Shown here: positions 40,595-50,547 of the stretch, piece by piece
Layout of the letters: the number at the start of each line of letters is the position of its first letter
How positions within the stretch are numbered: position 1 is the first letter of the stretch
Assembly (NCBI GenBank): GCA_938075585.1
Contig: CALJHG010000054.1
Location: 49,834-113,833 of the forward strand
DNA length: 64,000 bases
Source: an uncultured Gammaproteobacteria bacterium
Lineage (GTDB): Bacteria > Pseudomonadota > Gammaproteobacteria > Ga0077536
Reading direction: 5' to 3'
The notes under the pieces: model-generated
Database searches by the model: none
The model's input: only the letters and a program-made list of their open reading frames with translations
Told to the model about the DNA's origin: nothing
Position numbers and translations under genes: made by a program

Positions 40595-41495
40595 AGACAC
40601 CGATATTTTTTTCCACGAAAGAAAAGATTTTATCGATAATATTGCGACTAAGTCTTTTAATACTGTAGTCTCGTATCAGAGAGACATAAAATCATTTGTA
40701 GACTATCTAAGTAAAGAAAATATTCTCAGGCTGAATGATGTGAACTCGAAGTGGGTCCAGAAGTATGCCGCCACTTGTCATAAACAAGGACTGAGCGGCA
40801 GAACTATTGCCAGGCGTGTTTCTGCAGTGAAAGCATGGTTCCGGTATTTACTCAAAACTGGAGTCGTTAGCGAAAACCCTGTTGTAGGAATTAATGTGCC
40901 GAAAAACCGTCAGCGACTTCCTCGGGTACTAGACGTTGATCAAATGAATTCTTTACTTCGTGGGGACGCAAATTCGATTTATGATAAGCGTGATCTAGCG
41001 ATGTGGGAACTTTTATATTCTAGTGGCTTGAGAGTGTCCGAACTAGTCTCTACGGATATCGCAGATGTTGATTTGGCTGCGCAGGAAATAAGAGTTCTTG
41101 GTAAAGGGAACAAACAGAGGGTAGTGCCTATTGGTAGGTTGGCTCTTGGTGCGATTGCTATATGGTTTTCTGTGCGCTCAACGTTCCAAACATCTGGGGA
41201 TGAAGTAGCATGCTTTTTAACGCATAACGGCCGTCGTATGACTTCTCGTAATATACAGCTACGTTTGAGGCGCTGGGCCAAAAAGTTTGGGTCAGATGAA
41301 AGTGTACATCCTCATATGCTGCGACATTCTTTTGCGAGTCATATGCTTGAATCGTCGGGTGATCTGAGGGCTGTCCAAGAGCTATTGGGTCATTCTAATA
41401 TCAGTACCACGCAGGTTTACACGCACTTGGATTTTCAACATTTAGCAAATGTTTATGATGCGTCACATCCCAGAGCTAAGAGACGCAGCAGCTAA
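40587..41495 (+). CDS. xerC: tyrosine recombinase XerC
   Basis: 302 aa. The R...HxxR...Y catalytic pattern is present (HMLRHSFASHML, VYTHL). Confidence 0.85.
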   Translation: MTEDTDIFFHERKDFIDNIATKSFNTVVSYQRDIKSFVDYLSKENILRLNDVNSKWVQKYAATCHKQGLSGRTIARRVSAVKAWFRYLLKTGVVSENPVVGINVPKNRQRLPRVLDVDQMNSLLRGDANSIYDKRDLAMWELLYSSGLRVSELVSTDIADVDLAAQEIRVLGKGNKQRVVPIGRLALGAIAIWFSVRSTFQTSGDEVACFLTHNGRRMTSRNIQLRLRRWAKKFGSDESVHPHMLRHSFASHMLESSGDLRAVQELLGHSNISTTQVYTHLDFQHLANVYDASHPRAKRRSS

Positions 41496-41561
41496 CTGGT
41501 AGAAGCACTCAAGGCTTGTACTACTTGGTGTATAATAATTCTTTTTGGTCTGGGAGTTAGA

Positions 41562-42107
41562 TTGACTATGTTTCACGGGACTACTATTTTAAGTGTCCGA
41601 AGAGGAGCATCTGTGGTGATTGGTGGTGATGGTCAAGTGTCCATGGGTGATACAGTTTTGAAAGGTAATGCGCGTAAGGTTAGAAGGTTGTACCAAGATA
41701 AAGTGCTTGCAGGCTTTGCCGGAGGAACAGCAGATGCATTTACCTTATTCGAGCGATTCGAATCTAAATTGGAGGCACACAGTGGGAATTTGATGCGGGC
41801 TTCTGTTGAGTTGGCGAAAGATTGGCGTACTGACAGAATGTTGAGGCGCCTTGAGGCTATGTTAATAGTAGCTGACACCGAGCACTCTCTGATCGTTAGT
41901 GGTACGGGTGACGTGATCGAGCCAGAAAATGATATTTTAGCTATAGGTTCTGGAGGCTCTTATGCCCGCGCGTCTGCTCAAGCACTACTCACTGAGACGA
42001 GTCTTGAAGCGGAGGCTATTGTGCGGCGTTCTTTATTAATTGCTGGTGAGATTTGTGTGTATACAAATGATCGCCTTGTTTTAGAAAGTTTAAGCATTGG
42101 GAAGTAA
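41562..42107 (+). CDS. hslV: ATP-dependent protease subunit HslV
   Basis: 181 aa with an N-terminal Thr (TTILSVRRG) after Met processing. Confidence 0.93.
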   Translation: MTMFHGTTILSVRRGASVVIGGDGQVSMGDTVLKGNARKVRRLYQDKVLAGFAGGTADAFTLFERFESKLEAHSGNLMRASVELAKDWRTDRMLRRLEAMLIVADTEHSLIVSGTGDVIEPENDILAIGSGGSYARASAQALLTETSLEAEAIVRRSLLIAGEICVYTNDRLVLESLSIGK

Positions 42108-42109
42108 TT

Positions 42110-43447
42110 TTGGATCAAAAAAATAATCTTTCGCCGCAAGAAATCGTGACTCATCTGGATAAGCACATAGTTGGGCAAGAAGACGCTAAGCGCGCAGTAG
42201 CCATTGCTTTACGAAGTAGGTGGCGTCGCATGCAAGTTGACGAAAGCTTGCGAGAAGAAATCACTCCTAAAAATATTTTAATGATTGGTTCGACTGGAGT
42301 CGGCAAGACTGAGATCGCTCGGAGGCTAGCGAAACTCGTAGATGCGCCATTTATTAAAATAGAGGCTACTAAGTTTACTGAAGTTGGGTACGTAGGTAGA
42401 GATGTTGAGTCGATAATTAGAGATTTATCAGAAATTGCGGTGGATCTAGTTCGAAAAGAGGCGATTAAGGGTGTGCATACAAAAGCACTAGATGCTGTTG
42501 AAGAAAGAATATTAGACGCTCTATTGCCTTCTCAAATGGTGGGCGATAAGACTAATAGTGATGCTGTTAATTCCGATACCAGACAGAAGTTTAGAAAAAT
42601 GCTGCGAGAGGGAAAGATTGAAGATAGAGAAATAGAGCTAGAAGTTGCCACCCCAAAGGTTGGTATGGAAATCATGACTCCCCCAGGGATGGAGGAGATG
42701 ACATCTCAGCTAGAAGGAATATTCCAGAGTATCGGCTCAGGGAAAAGTCAAGCGAGGCGAGTGACCATAGCCGCGGCCCGCAAGATTCTGGTGGAAGAAG
42801 AGGCCAGCAAACTAATAAACGAGGATGAGATCAGGCTTTCGGCAATTACTAAGTTAGAACAAAATGGGATAGTTTTTATTGATGAAATTGACAAGGTGGC
42901 ACGGCGTTCAGATTCCTCTGGCCCAGATATTTCCAGAGAGGGAGTTCAGCGCGATTTGTTGCCGCTAGTTGAAGGTTCTACAGTGACCACAAAATACGGA
43001 CCGGTGAAAACAGATCATATTCTTTTCATTGCATCCGGAGCGTTTCATTTTTCTAAACCATCCGATCTCATCCCTGAATTGCAGGGAAGGCTCCCTAATA
43101 GAGTGGAACTCAAAACATTAAGTGTGGGTGACTTTGTAAGAATATTGACCGAGCCGGATGCTTCGTTATGTCGTCAATATACCGCACTTCTCGCTACTGA
43201 AAATGTCAACCTAAGTTTTTCGGACGATGCTATAGAAAAAATAGCTTATTTCGCTCATGATATAAATGAAAAAAGTGAAAATATAGGCGCGCGGCGTCTT
43301 TACACGGTAATGGAAAAGCTACTAGAGGCGGTCTCCTATACCGCGACTGATATGGGCGGACAAAGTATTTTGGTCGATGTCGATTACGTGCAAACTCATA
43401 TCGGGCATTTGGTCGGGGACTCTGATCTATCGAAGTACATCCTTTAG
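42110..43447 (+). CDS. hslU: ATP-dependent protease ATPase subunit HslU (TTG start)
   Basis: 445 aa AAA+ protein ([15 protein letters not shown]). Confidence 0.93.
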   Translation: MDQKNNLSPQEIVTHLDKHIVGQEDAKRAVAIALRSRWRRMQVDESLREEITPKNILMIGSTGVGKTEIARRLAKLVDAPFIKIEATKFTEVGYVGRDVESIIRDLSEIAVDLVRKEAIKGVHTKALDAVEERILDALLPSQMVGDKTNSDAVNSDTRQKFRKMLREGKIEDREIELEVATPKVGMEIMTPPGMEEMTSQLEGIFQSIGSGKSQARRVTIAAARKILVEEEASKLINEDEIRLSAITKLEQNGIVFIDEIDKVARRSDSSGPDISREGVQRDLLPLVEGSTVTTKYGPVKTDHILFIASGAFHFSKPSDLIPELQGRLPNRVELKTLSVGDFVRILTEPDASLCRQYTALLATENVNLSFSDDAIEKIAYFAHDINEKSENIGARRLYTVMEKLLEAVSYTATDMGGQSILVDVDYVQTHIGHLVGDSDLSKYIL

Positions 43448-43450
43448 ATT

Positions 43451-43813
43451 ATGTCTAAATATTACCCTACGAATATCGAACTGCGAAAAAAATCGCGTCT
43501 ATTAGTGGTCACTTTTGAGACTAGCGAAAAGTTCCAATTATCTTGCGAGTTTTTGAGAGTGTTCTCTCCTTCTGCTGATGTTAAAGGGCATAGTCCGAGC
43601 CAAGCTGTACTACAGATTGGAAAGGAGGACGCAGAAATTACTGAGATTGAGCCGATAGGTAACTATGCGATCAGATTAATTTTTTCGGATGGGCATGACA
43701 CGGGATTATATACTTGGGATTACCTTTACGAGTTAGGGTCTAAGATGGATCTATATTGGTCAAACTATTTAAATGCTCTCGATGCGGCTGGTCATGTGAG
43801 AAAGATCATATGA
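43451..43813 (+). CDS. DUF971 family protein (gamma-butyrobetaine-hydroxylase-N-terminal-like zinc-binding domain)
   Basis: 120 aa. It carries the DUF971 signature FSDGHDTGLYTWDYL. It lies between hslU and ubiE with an ATGA overlap onto ubiE. Confidence 0.65.
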   Translation: MSKYYPTNIELRKKSRLLVVTFETSEKFQLSCEFLRVFSPSADVKGHSPSQAVLQIGKEDAEITEIEPIGNYAIRLIFSDGHDTGLYTWDYLYELGSKMDLYWSNYLNALDAAGHVRKII

Positions 43814-44589
43814 CCGGAGGTAGAAATAGTATTAAAAAACCCCGCGATACTGACGGAGGATCGTTCGGGTTTGAGCAAGTATCTTTTGACGAGAAAGCTA
43901 GGCGTGTCCGAGATGTATTTAATTCCGTCTCGGCTAAGTATGATTTGATGAATGACGTGATGTCATTGGGTTTTCATCGGTGGTGGAAGACCTACGCGGT
44001 AGAAATACTTGAAATTGAGGCAAATCAAAAAGTATTAGATCTTGCGGCAGGTACAGCAGATATAGCCCACCGATTGCTTCGGGTTGGCTTAGAAAATCTG
44101 GAAGTTCATTGTAACGATATTAATTATGACATGTTGTCCAAAGGACGGGATCGAATGCTTGATAAAGGACTGCATAGGCCTTTGAAATATATTCAGTCAG
44201 ATGGCGAAAACTTGCCGTATCAAAGTAATTTTTTTAATCGTTCAATCGTTAGCTTTGGGTTACGAAATATGAATCGAAAAGATGCTGCGCTAACAGAAAT
44301 CTTCCGCGTTTTGGCTCCAAATGGCAAGCTTGTGATATTAGATTTTTCGCTAGTGAAGCCTCCAATAATGCGGAAATTACACCGACTATACACCTTACGT
44401 GCTCTACCTGTCTTGGGTAAGCTAGTGGCGGGAGATTCGGAGAGCTATAAGTATTTGGGCGAGTCAATAGAAGTACATCCTGATCAAGATGCGCTTGATT
44501 TTATGCTTATAAAGTCAGGATTTCGTGAGGTTAAACACTATAACTTAATGGGTGGTGTAGTTGCGGTCCACGTTGGTTGGAAGGTCTAA
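43810..44589 (+). CDS. ubiE: ubiquinone/menaquinone C-methyltransferase UbiE
   Basis: Class I SAM MTase (VLDLAAGTADIA). I placed the start at the ATG at 43810; the tracked ORF extends further to 43756. Confidence 0.88.
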   Translation: MTGGRNSIKKPRDTDGGSFGFEQVSFDEKARRVRDVFNSVSAKYDLMNDVMSLGFHRWWKTYAVEILEIEANQKVLDLAAGTADIAHRLLRVGLENLEVHCNDINYDMLSKGRDRMLDKGLHRPLKYIQSDGENLPYQSNFFNRSIVSFGLRNMNRKDAALTEIFRVLAPNGKLVILDFSLVKPPIMRKLHRLYTLRALPVLGKLVAGDSESYKYLGESIEVHPDQDALDFMLIKSGFREVKHYNLMGGVVAVHVGWKV

Positions 44590-44605
44590 CTGAGACTCTA
44601 GTTCA

Positions 44606-45211
44606 ATGATTGAAATTGAAAGTTCTGTTTCTAGGCAAATCTCGAAACTTCTGCAAAAGTGCCTTGATATGGATGAAAGTTCTGACGAGGTTATTGTTGC
44701 GCTTAATAACAGTTGTCTGCACGTCCGAGTAGATCCTCCGGAATTGTTGATAGAAATAACATTTAGAAATGGTCAAATAGCTCTGAGATTCGCAAATACC
44801 AGAGAGCCAGATGTAACTGTTACCGGAAAGATCTCTGATTTTTTTATGCTCTTGAAGGCGCACATGGATAGCGCACCGCTGGCGTCCGGAACGGTTAATG
44901 TGGAGGGTGATCTAGGGGTTGCACAAAAGATCCAGTCATTATTCTCAAACCTGCAGATTGACCTCGAAAGTACTTTGTCTCGGTTTTTGAACCCCGTTCT
45001 TGCGCATCAAATATATTTGTTTATTTCTTCAGGTTCCTCAGGAATGGCTAAAAATTGTGAGAAGATGGAGAATGATCTAATCGATTATTTGCGGTATGAG
45101 TCTACTCTGATAGCGAAGAGAACAGAATTTAGAGACCTCAAGGGCGACATATCGAATCTTTGCGATCGATTAGAGAATTTTGAATCTCGTATAAATATCG
45201 CCAATAGGTAG
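44606..45211 (+). CDS. ubiJ: ubiquinone biosynthesis accessory factor UbiJ (SCP2 domain)
   Basis: 201 aa. The SCP2-like N-terminal domain plus a coiled C-terminus are present, and the gene sits between ubiE and ubiB. Confidence 0.6.
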   Translation: MIEIESSVSRQISKLLQKCLDMDESSDEVIVALNNSCLHVRVDPPELLIEITFRNGQIALRFANTREPDVTVTGKISDFFMLLKAHMDSAPLASGTVNVEGDLGVAQKIQSLFSNLQIDLESTLSRFLNPVLAHQIYLFISSGSSGMAKNCEKMENDLIDYLRYESTLIAKRTEFRDLKGDISNLCDRLENFESRINIANR

Positions 45212-45225
45212 TTGGGTTGAGTTAG

Positions 45226-46893
45226 ATGAAAATAGGTCAAATATATCGAATTATTGGGATACAGCGCGTTTTAATTCGCCACGGATTCGATGAGCTGATT
45301 CTATCTATTCCCTATCTGACACCTATAAAGTTGGTCAGGTATTTACTACCTTGGAATTGGTTAGGCAGGACATATAAACCTCGAGGTGAACGGATTCGTT
45401 TGGTTTTAGAAGAGCTAGGCCCGATTTTTGTAAAGTTTGGGCAAATATTATCCACAAGGCGAGATCTGATTCCAGATGACATTGCGATAGAATTGCGCAA
45501 TTTGCAAGATAACGTGGCAGCTTTTCCAGGGGAGGAAGCGGCTCGTATCGTAGAAGTTGCGCACGATAAGAAATTAGGCGATCTATTTCTAGACTTTGAC
45601 AGAGAACCTCTTGCGTCAGCGTCCATAGCGCAAGTACATGCTGCACAGCTTCTGGATGGTAAGCAGGTTATTGTCAAAATTGTTAGACCAAACTTACTAA
45701 AGACTATACGACAAGACATTTCGTTAATGCGCGCCATAGCCACGATTGGCGAGCGTTACTGGGGTTTAGGCAAACAATTGAAGTTAAGCTTGATAGTGAG
45801 TGAGTTTGAAAAAACTATTTTAGACGAACTTGATATGATGCGAGAAGCCGCAAATGCTTCGCAACTTAGACGGAATCATGAGAACTCAGATATCTTATAT
45901 GTCCCCCAGATTTATTGGCCGTTAACACGTCATGATGTTTTAGTTATGGAAAGAGTCGATGGGTTAAATATTAGTAACAGGGATAAACTGCTTTCGGCCG
46001 GCGTAGACTTAAAAACTTTAGCGGAACAAGGTATCGACTTGTTTTTTAGTCAGGTTTTTCGAGATAACTTTTTTCACGCTGACGTGCATCCAGGAAATAT
46101 GTTCGTTATAGCTGATGAAGGCAACAGTAAGAGCAAGGTCGCACTCGTAGACTTCGGGATAATGGGTTCGTTAAGTGACTTTGATCAGAGGTATCTAGCA
46201 GAAAATTTTTCGGCATTTTTAGCGAAGGATTACCGCCGAGTAGCCCAATTACACGTGGAGTCAGGTTGGGTACCTTCTTCAACTAGGGTAGAGGAATTTG
46301 AATTTGCTATTCGAGCTGTCTGCGAGCCTATTTTTGACAGGCCACTTAAAGACGTCTCAGTTGGTGATTTATTATTACGTTTATTTCAGACAGCGCAACG
46401 TTTCGATATGGAGATTCTACCGCAATTACTTCTGTTACAGAAAACTCTAGTTAACATCGAGGGCATTGGACGTGAACTTTATCCGGAACTAGACCTATGG
46501 AATGCTGCAAAACCCTCGCTAGAAAACTTCATGCGCGATAGGATAGGGCTCAAGAGTATTATAAATTCTTTAGAAGAAAATTCTCAGCGTTGGGTGACGC
46601 AGTTGCCAGAAGTACCTACTGCTATTTTCGACCTACTAGAGCAGACTAGGGCTGGTCGGTTACAGATTAATACTTACGATTCAAGTCTAAAGACGATAAA
46701 GAACGAAATTCGGTTGTTACGCAAAAAGCTCACTTTTACTGTTGTTGGAGCATGTCTTGTATTGGCTGCCATGATCTTACATAGCTTTGGAGTTGGGCTT
46801 GAAAAAATATCTGGCTCTGTTTCTCTCTTCAATATTTTTATTGGCGGTTGTGGTGTTTTGGTGTTGACGATTGCGACGTTTGGTAGGCGCTGA
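45226..46893 (+). CDS. ubiB: ubiquinone biosynthesis protein kinase-like UbiB
   Basis: 555 aa ABC1/ADCK kinase-like domain plus C-terminal TM helices. Confidence 0.9.
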   Translation: MKIGQIYRIIGIQRVLIRHGFDELILSIPYLTPIKLVRYLLPWNWLGRTYKPRGERIRLVLEELGPIFVKFGQILSTRRDLIPDDIAIELRNLQDNVAAFPGEEAARIVEVAHDKKLGDLFLDFDREPLASASIAQVHAAQLLDGKQVIVKIVRPNLLKTIRQDISLMRAIATIGERYWGLGKQLKLSLIVSEFEKTILDELDMMREAANASQLRRNHENSDILYVPQIYWPLTRHDVLVMERVDGLNISNRDKLLSAGVDLKTLAEQGIDLFFSQVFRDNFFHADVHPGNMFVIADEGNSKSKVALVDFGIMGSLSDFDQRYLAENFSAFLAKDYRRVAQLHVESGWVPSSTRVEEFEFAIRAVCEPIFDRPLKDVSVGDLLLRLFQTAQRFDMEILPQLLLLQKTLVNIEGIGRELYPELDLWNAAKPSLENFMRDRIGLKSIINSLEENSQRWVTQLPEVPTAIFDLLEQTRAGRLQINTYDSSLKTIKNEIRLLRKKLTFTVVGACLVLAAMILHSFGVGLEKISGSVSLFNIFIGGCGVLVLTIATFGRR

Positions 46894-46931
46894 TAAGGCG
46901 TTAACAAGGGCGAGATAATCTTACTAGATTT

Positions 46932-48488
46932 TTACTCAAGTTCAATAAATGTCGAGCCAGTCATTTCTTCTGGAATAGGTATAGTCATAAGCGACAGCAC
47001 CGTAGGTGCGATGTCAACTAGGCTTCCTTTCTGTACTTGTGCTTTGCGATTGCCCACATAGATGGCCGGCACCAAGTTGTTTGTATGCGCTGTGTGAGGA
47101 ACATCCGAGGCTTCACTTGTCATTTGTTCTACATTCCCATGATCTGCAGTGATCAGCACATCGACATTATATGTTTTGCTTACTGCCAGTACCTTTCCTA
47201 AGCACTCGTCAAGTGCTTCTACTGCTTTTATGGCTGCGGGAAAATTACCGGTATGACCCACCATGTCCGCATTTGCGTAATTGCATATGATAGCGTCATA
47301 TTTCTCACTAATTATCGCTTCAATTAATTTTTCGGTTACTTTATGCGCCGACATCTCGGGCTTTTCATCATAGGTAGTTACGTCAGGTGATGGCACTAGA
47401 ATACGATCCTCACCTGTCGCCGGCACTTCAAGCCCTCCGTTAAAGAAAAAAGTTACGTGAGCATATTTTTCAGTTTCTGCTATTCGCAGTTGTTTGAGCC
47501 CATGATTGGAAATTACAGTCCCTAGGGAATTAGTTAGCTCAACCGGTTTATACAATACGGGGAGATTAAAATTCTTTTTGTACTCGGTCATCGTCACGAA
47601 ATTTTCAGAATTTATTCGGCTTTTTCGTGTGAATCCTTTAAAGCCCTCTTGGCTGAAGGCCTCTGTAAGTTGTCGGGCCCTGTCGGCCCTAAAATTGGAA
47701 AAAATCACTAAATCTTCCGCATCTACCTGCACGTTGGATTTTCCTGTTTTGCAGATTAAGGTTGGCGAAACAAATTCATCACTTTCGCCGCGGCGATAAG
47801 CTTCTGTAATGGCATCAGTAGCGGACCGTTCATTAAACTTTCCTATACCTTCATTGATTAAATTATACGCTTCTTCTGTTCTATCCCAATTAGCATTTCG
47901 GTCCATTGAGTAAAACCGACCAATAAGCGATCCTATTCTGGCTTCGGGTATGTTCGAAAGATGATTTTCTAAATTTATGATAAAAGACTGGGCACTTTTT
48001 GGGGGCGTGTCTCGACCATCGAGACTCAAATGTAAGATTATTTCTTTAACGCCTTTTTTTGATGCGGCTTTTATTAGAGCGAGGATATGGTCCTGATGAC
48101 TGTGGACACCCCCATTAGAAAGTAAACCAATGATATGCAGTTTTTTCTTTCGATACGTCAAATCCCTAAGTGAGTCGACTAGCACAATATTCTGATCGAA
48201 TGTTCCGTTTTGGATTGCGTTGTTTATACGAGATAGATCTTGGTCTAGCAGTCGTCCTGCGCCCATATGCATATGACCAACTTCGGAATTTCCCATCTGA
48301 CCGGCTGGTAGGCCAACATCTTCCCCAGAACACGCTAGGAGCGTACGTACCTCAGATTTCCATAGTTGGTCCCATACCGGGGTAGCCGCACAACTAATAG
48401 CATTATTATCGGCGGCCTCCCTGTGGCCCCATCCGTCAAGGATTACAAGTAGTATTGGATGTACAGTTTTTGACATTCTTAGACGCAA
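46932..48488 (-). CDS. gpmI: 2,3-bisphosphoglycerate-independent phosphoglycerate mutase
   Basis: 518 aa. ILLVILDGWGH is present. The likely true start is the Met at 48476 (MSKTVHP). Confidence 0.92.
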   Translation of the reverse strand: MRLRMSKTVHPILLVILDGWGHREAADNNAISCAATPVWDQLWKSEVRTLLACSGEDVGLPAGQMGNSEVGHMHMGAGRLLDQDLSRINNAIQNGTFDQNIVLVDSLRDLTYRKKKLHIIGLLSNGGVHSHQDHILALIKAASKKGVKEIILHLSLDGRDTPPKSAQSFIINLENHLSNIPEARIGSLIGRFYSMDRNANWDRTEEAYNLINEGIGKFNERSATDAITEAYRRGESDEFVSPTLICKTGKSNVQVDAEDLVIFSNFRADRARQLTEAFSQEGFKGFTRKSRINSENFVTMTEYKKNFNLPVLYKPVELTNSLGTVISNHGLKQLRIAETEKYAHVTFFFNGGLEVPATGEDRILVPSPDVTTYDEKPEMSAHKVTEKLIEAIISEKYDAIICNYANADMVGHTGNFPAAIKAVEALDECLGKVLAVSKTYNVDVLITADHGNVEQMTSEASDVPHTAHTNNLVPAIYVGNRKAQVQKGSLVDIAPTVLSLMTIPIPEEMTGSTFIELE

Positions 48489-48596
48489 CTACCGATTGAA
48501 GTTTTCTCACATATTATTTCTATCATAACAAAATTTTGTGGCGCACTCGCATTACTTTCCCTACACTTATGGGCCTAATAATATATTTGGCTCAAT

Positions 48597-49013
48597 ATGG
48601 AACAACTATCTGAATTTGTCATTAATCATTGGATATTAGTAACTTTATTTTGCGTAATGTCCAGTTTGCTACTGTCTAGCTTCCTCAACCAGGTGCCTAG
48701 CTTCACACCTGGTGATGCAATAATAGCGGTTAATAGAGGAGAGTGTTCAATTGTTGACGTTAGGTCTGTTGACCAGTTCAAAAAAGGACATATTGGTAAC
48801 GCCATCAATTTGCCGTTGGCAGACATCGCGAATTCAGGTGAGCAACTTAAGAAACTTAAGAAGAAACGAGTTATTGCGTGTTGTGATGCGGGAAACTTGA
48901 GTAATGCGGCTGTCAAAGAGCTTAGAAAACAGGGCTTCACAGATGCTCTAATATTGAAAGGTGGGTTAAATGCTTGGAAAGCTTCTAATTACCCTTTAAA
49001 AGGGTCACGATGA
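48597..49013 (+). CDS. membrane-anchored rhodanese-domain protein (YibN-like)
   Basis: 138 aa with an N-terminal TM segment. The rhodanese active-site Cys is in the CCDAGNLS loop. Confidence 0.75.
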   Translation: MEQLSEFVINHWILVTLFCVMSSLLLSSFLNQVPSFTPGDAIIAVNRGECSIVDVRSVDQFKKGHIGNAINLPLADIANSGEQLKKLKKKRVIACCDAGNLSNAAVKELRKQGFTDALILKGGLNAWKASNYPLKGSR

Positions 49014-49026
49014 TGCTTACACGAGG

Positions 49027-50040
49027 ATGGTAGTCATGACTAAGTCTTTTTCCGTAATGGTGGTAGGAGCAGGAGCATGGGGCACGGCTATTGCGTCAGT
49101 ATTCGCGCGAGGAGGGAATGAGACATTTCTTTGGGATCGAGATAGGAGTACTATTAACTCGATCCAGTGTTCGGGTTCTCACCCAAAATTCTTTAAAGGT
49201 AAAAAATTAGACTCGGCTATAGAGTTAGTTTCTCAACTAGGGAACGAGTTAAGTATCGACTATATTATTTTTGTAGTGCCGTTTCAGAAACTACGAAGCG
49301 CAATGGTGACGATTCATGAGAGTGGAGTGCAGTTTAGTGGAGTGGTTTGTGCAAGCAAAGGATTGGAATTAGTGTCCAACGCACTTGCCCACCAAATAGC
49401 TAGTGACGTGTTCGGGGCATCGGTTCCATTTGCGCAAATTTCTGGGCCGAATTTCGCGTCCGAGGTGTTTGATGAAAAACCTGCGGCGGTCGCTGTTGGC
49501 GGAAGTACTGGCGATATTGCCAAAGTGATTAGTGAAATGATGTCCGGAGACCGCTTTAGGCCGTATGCAACGGGGGATATGATAGGAGTAGAAATTGGGG
49601 GTGCGCTAAAGAATATTATAGCAATTGCTGCTGGTATATCTGATGGTATGGATTTAGGAAGTAATGCGAGGGCTGCTATAATCACTAGGGGGCTTGGCGA
49701 AATAGCTAGGTTTGGCGAGGCATCAGGCGCCGACCCTCTAACTTTTATGGGATTATCAGGTATGGGTGATCTGGTTCTGACTTGTACTGACGACCAGTCT
49801 AGAAACCGTAGGTTCGGGAAGGCTTTGGCCAGAGTCGGCGCGGTTGAAAGCGCGAAAAATGAGGTTGGTGAGCTAGTGGAAGGCGTCTCCACGGCGTTAG
49901 CGGTTCATGATATGGCCTTAAGATTGGGGATAGAACTGCCGCTTATTTCTCAAGTTGCTGCAATTTTAAATGGTGATAGTTCGCCGGAAGAAGCGGTACG
50001 CGAACTACTGGCGCGAGAACTGGTCTCAGAACATGATTGA
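49027..50040 (+). CDS. gpsA: NAD(P)H-dependent glycerol-3-phosphate dehydrogenase
   Basis: 337 aa with a Rossmann N-terminus (VVGAGAWGTA). Confidence 0.9.
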   Translation: MVVMTKSFSVMVVGAGAWGTAIASVFARGGNETFLWDRDRSTINSIQCSGSHPKFFKGKKLDSAIELVSQLGNELSIDYIIFVVPFQKLRSAMVTIHESGVQFSGVVCASKGLELVSNALAHQIASDVFGASVPFAQISGPNFASEVFDEKPAAVAVGGSTGDIAKVISEMMSGDRFRPYATGDMIGVEIGGALKNIIAIAAGISDGMDLGSNARAAIITRGLGEIARFGEASGADPLTFMGLSGMGDLVLTCTDDQSRNRRFGKALARVGAVESAKNEVGELVEGVSTALAVHDMALRLGIELPLISQVAAILNGDSSPEEAVRELLARELVSEHD

Positions 50041-50052
50041 AAAAGATTTATT

Positions 50053-50520
50053 CTATTTTGGTGGCTGGTGAAAGTTATTTTGCCTCCATGCTTCGTAAAT
50101 AGTTATTGCCACGGCATTAGATAGGTTTAGACTTCGGCTTTCGTTAACCATTGGAATTTTGAGTATTTTTTTTGTGTCCATCGTGTCCAGGAGTGATTGT
50201 GGAAGCCCTCTAGTTTCAGGACCAAAAAGTAAGATACTTTTTTCCGTAAACTGCGCCTCATTTACCATTAATTTGCCTCGAGTTGATATACTAAAAACAT
50301 TAGTCATTGAAAATTTTTCTAGAAATTGGTCGAATGATTCGTGGACTTGAAGATTCACGTATTCACTATAGTCTAGACTTGCTCTTTTAAGTTTTTTATC
50401 GCTTATGTCGAAGCCTATTGGCTTTATCAGATGAAGACGAGAGCCCGTATTAGCGCAAAGGCGTATAATGTTTCCAGTATTCGGAGGTATTTCTGGTTCG
50501 TAAAGCACTACTTCGAACAA
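50053..50520 (-). CDS. trmL: tRNA (cytidine34/U34-2'-O)-methyltransferase TrmL (SpoU family)
   Basis: 155 aa minimal SPOUT MTase (YEPEIPPNTGNIIR). Confidence 0.8.
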   Translation of the reverse strand: MFEVVLYEPEIPPNTGNIIRLCANTGSRLHLIKPIGFDISDKKLKRASLDYSEYVNLQVHESFDQFLEKFSMTNVFSISTRGKLMVNEAQFTEKSILLFGPETRGLPQSLLDTMDTKKILKIPMVNESRSLNLSNAVAITIYEAWRQNNFHQPPK

Positions 50521-50547
50521 TGTTTTGCTCCATAAGGCGAAAAAAAT

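Noticed and set aside
49314-49892. 192-aa minus-strand ORF inside gpsA
   Set aside because: It is antisense to gpsA and its low-complexity Pro/Ser/Ala-rich translation marks it as a shadow ORF.
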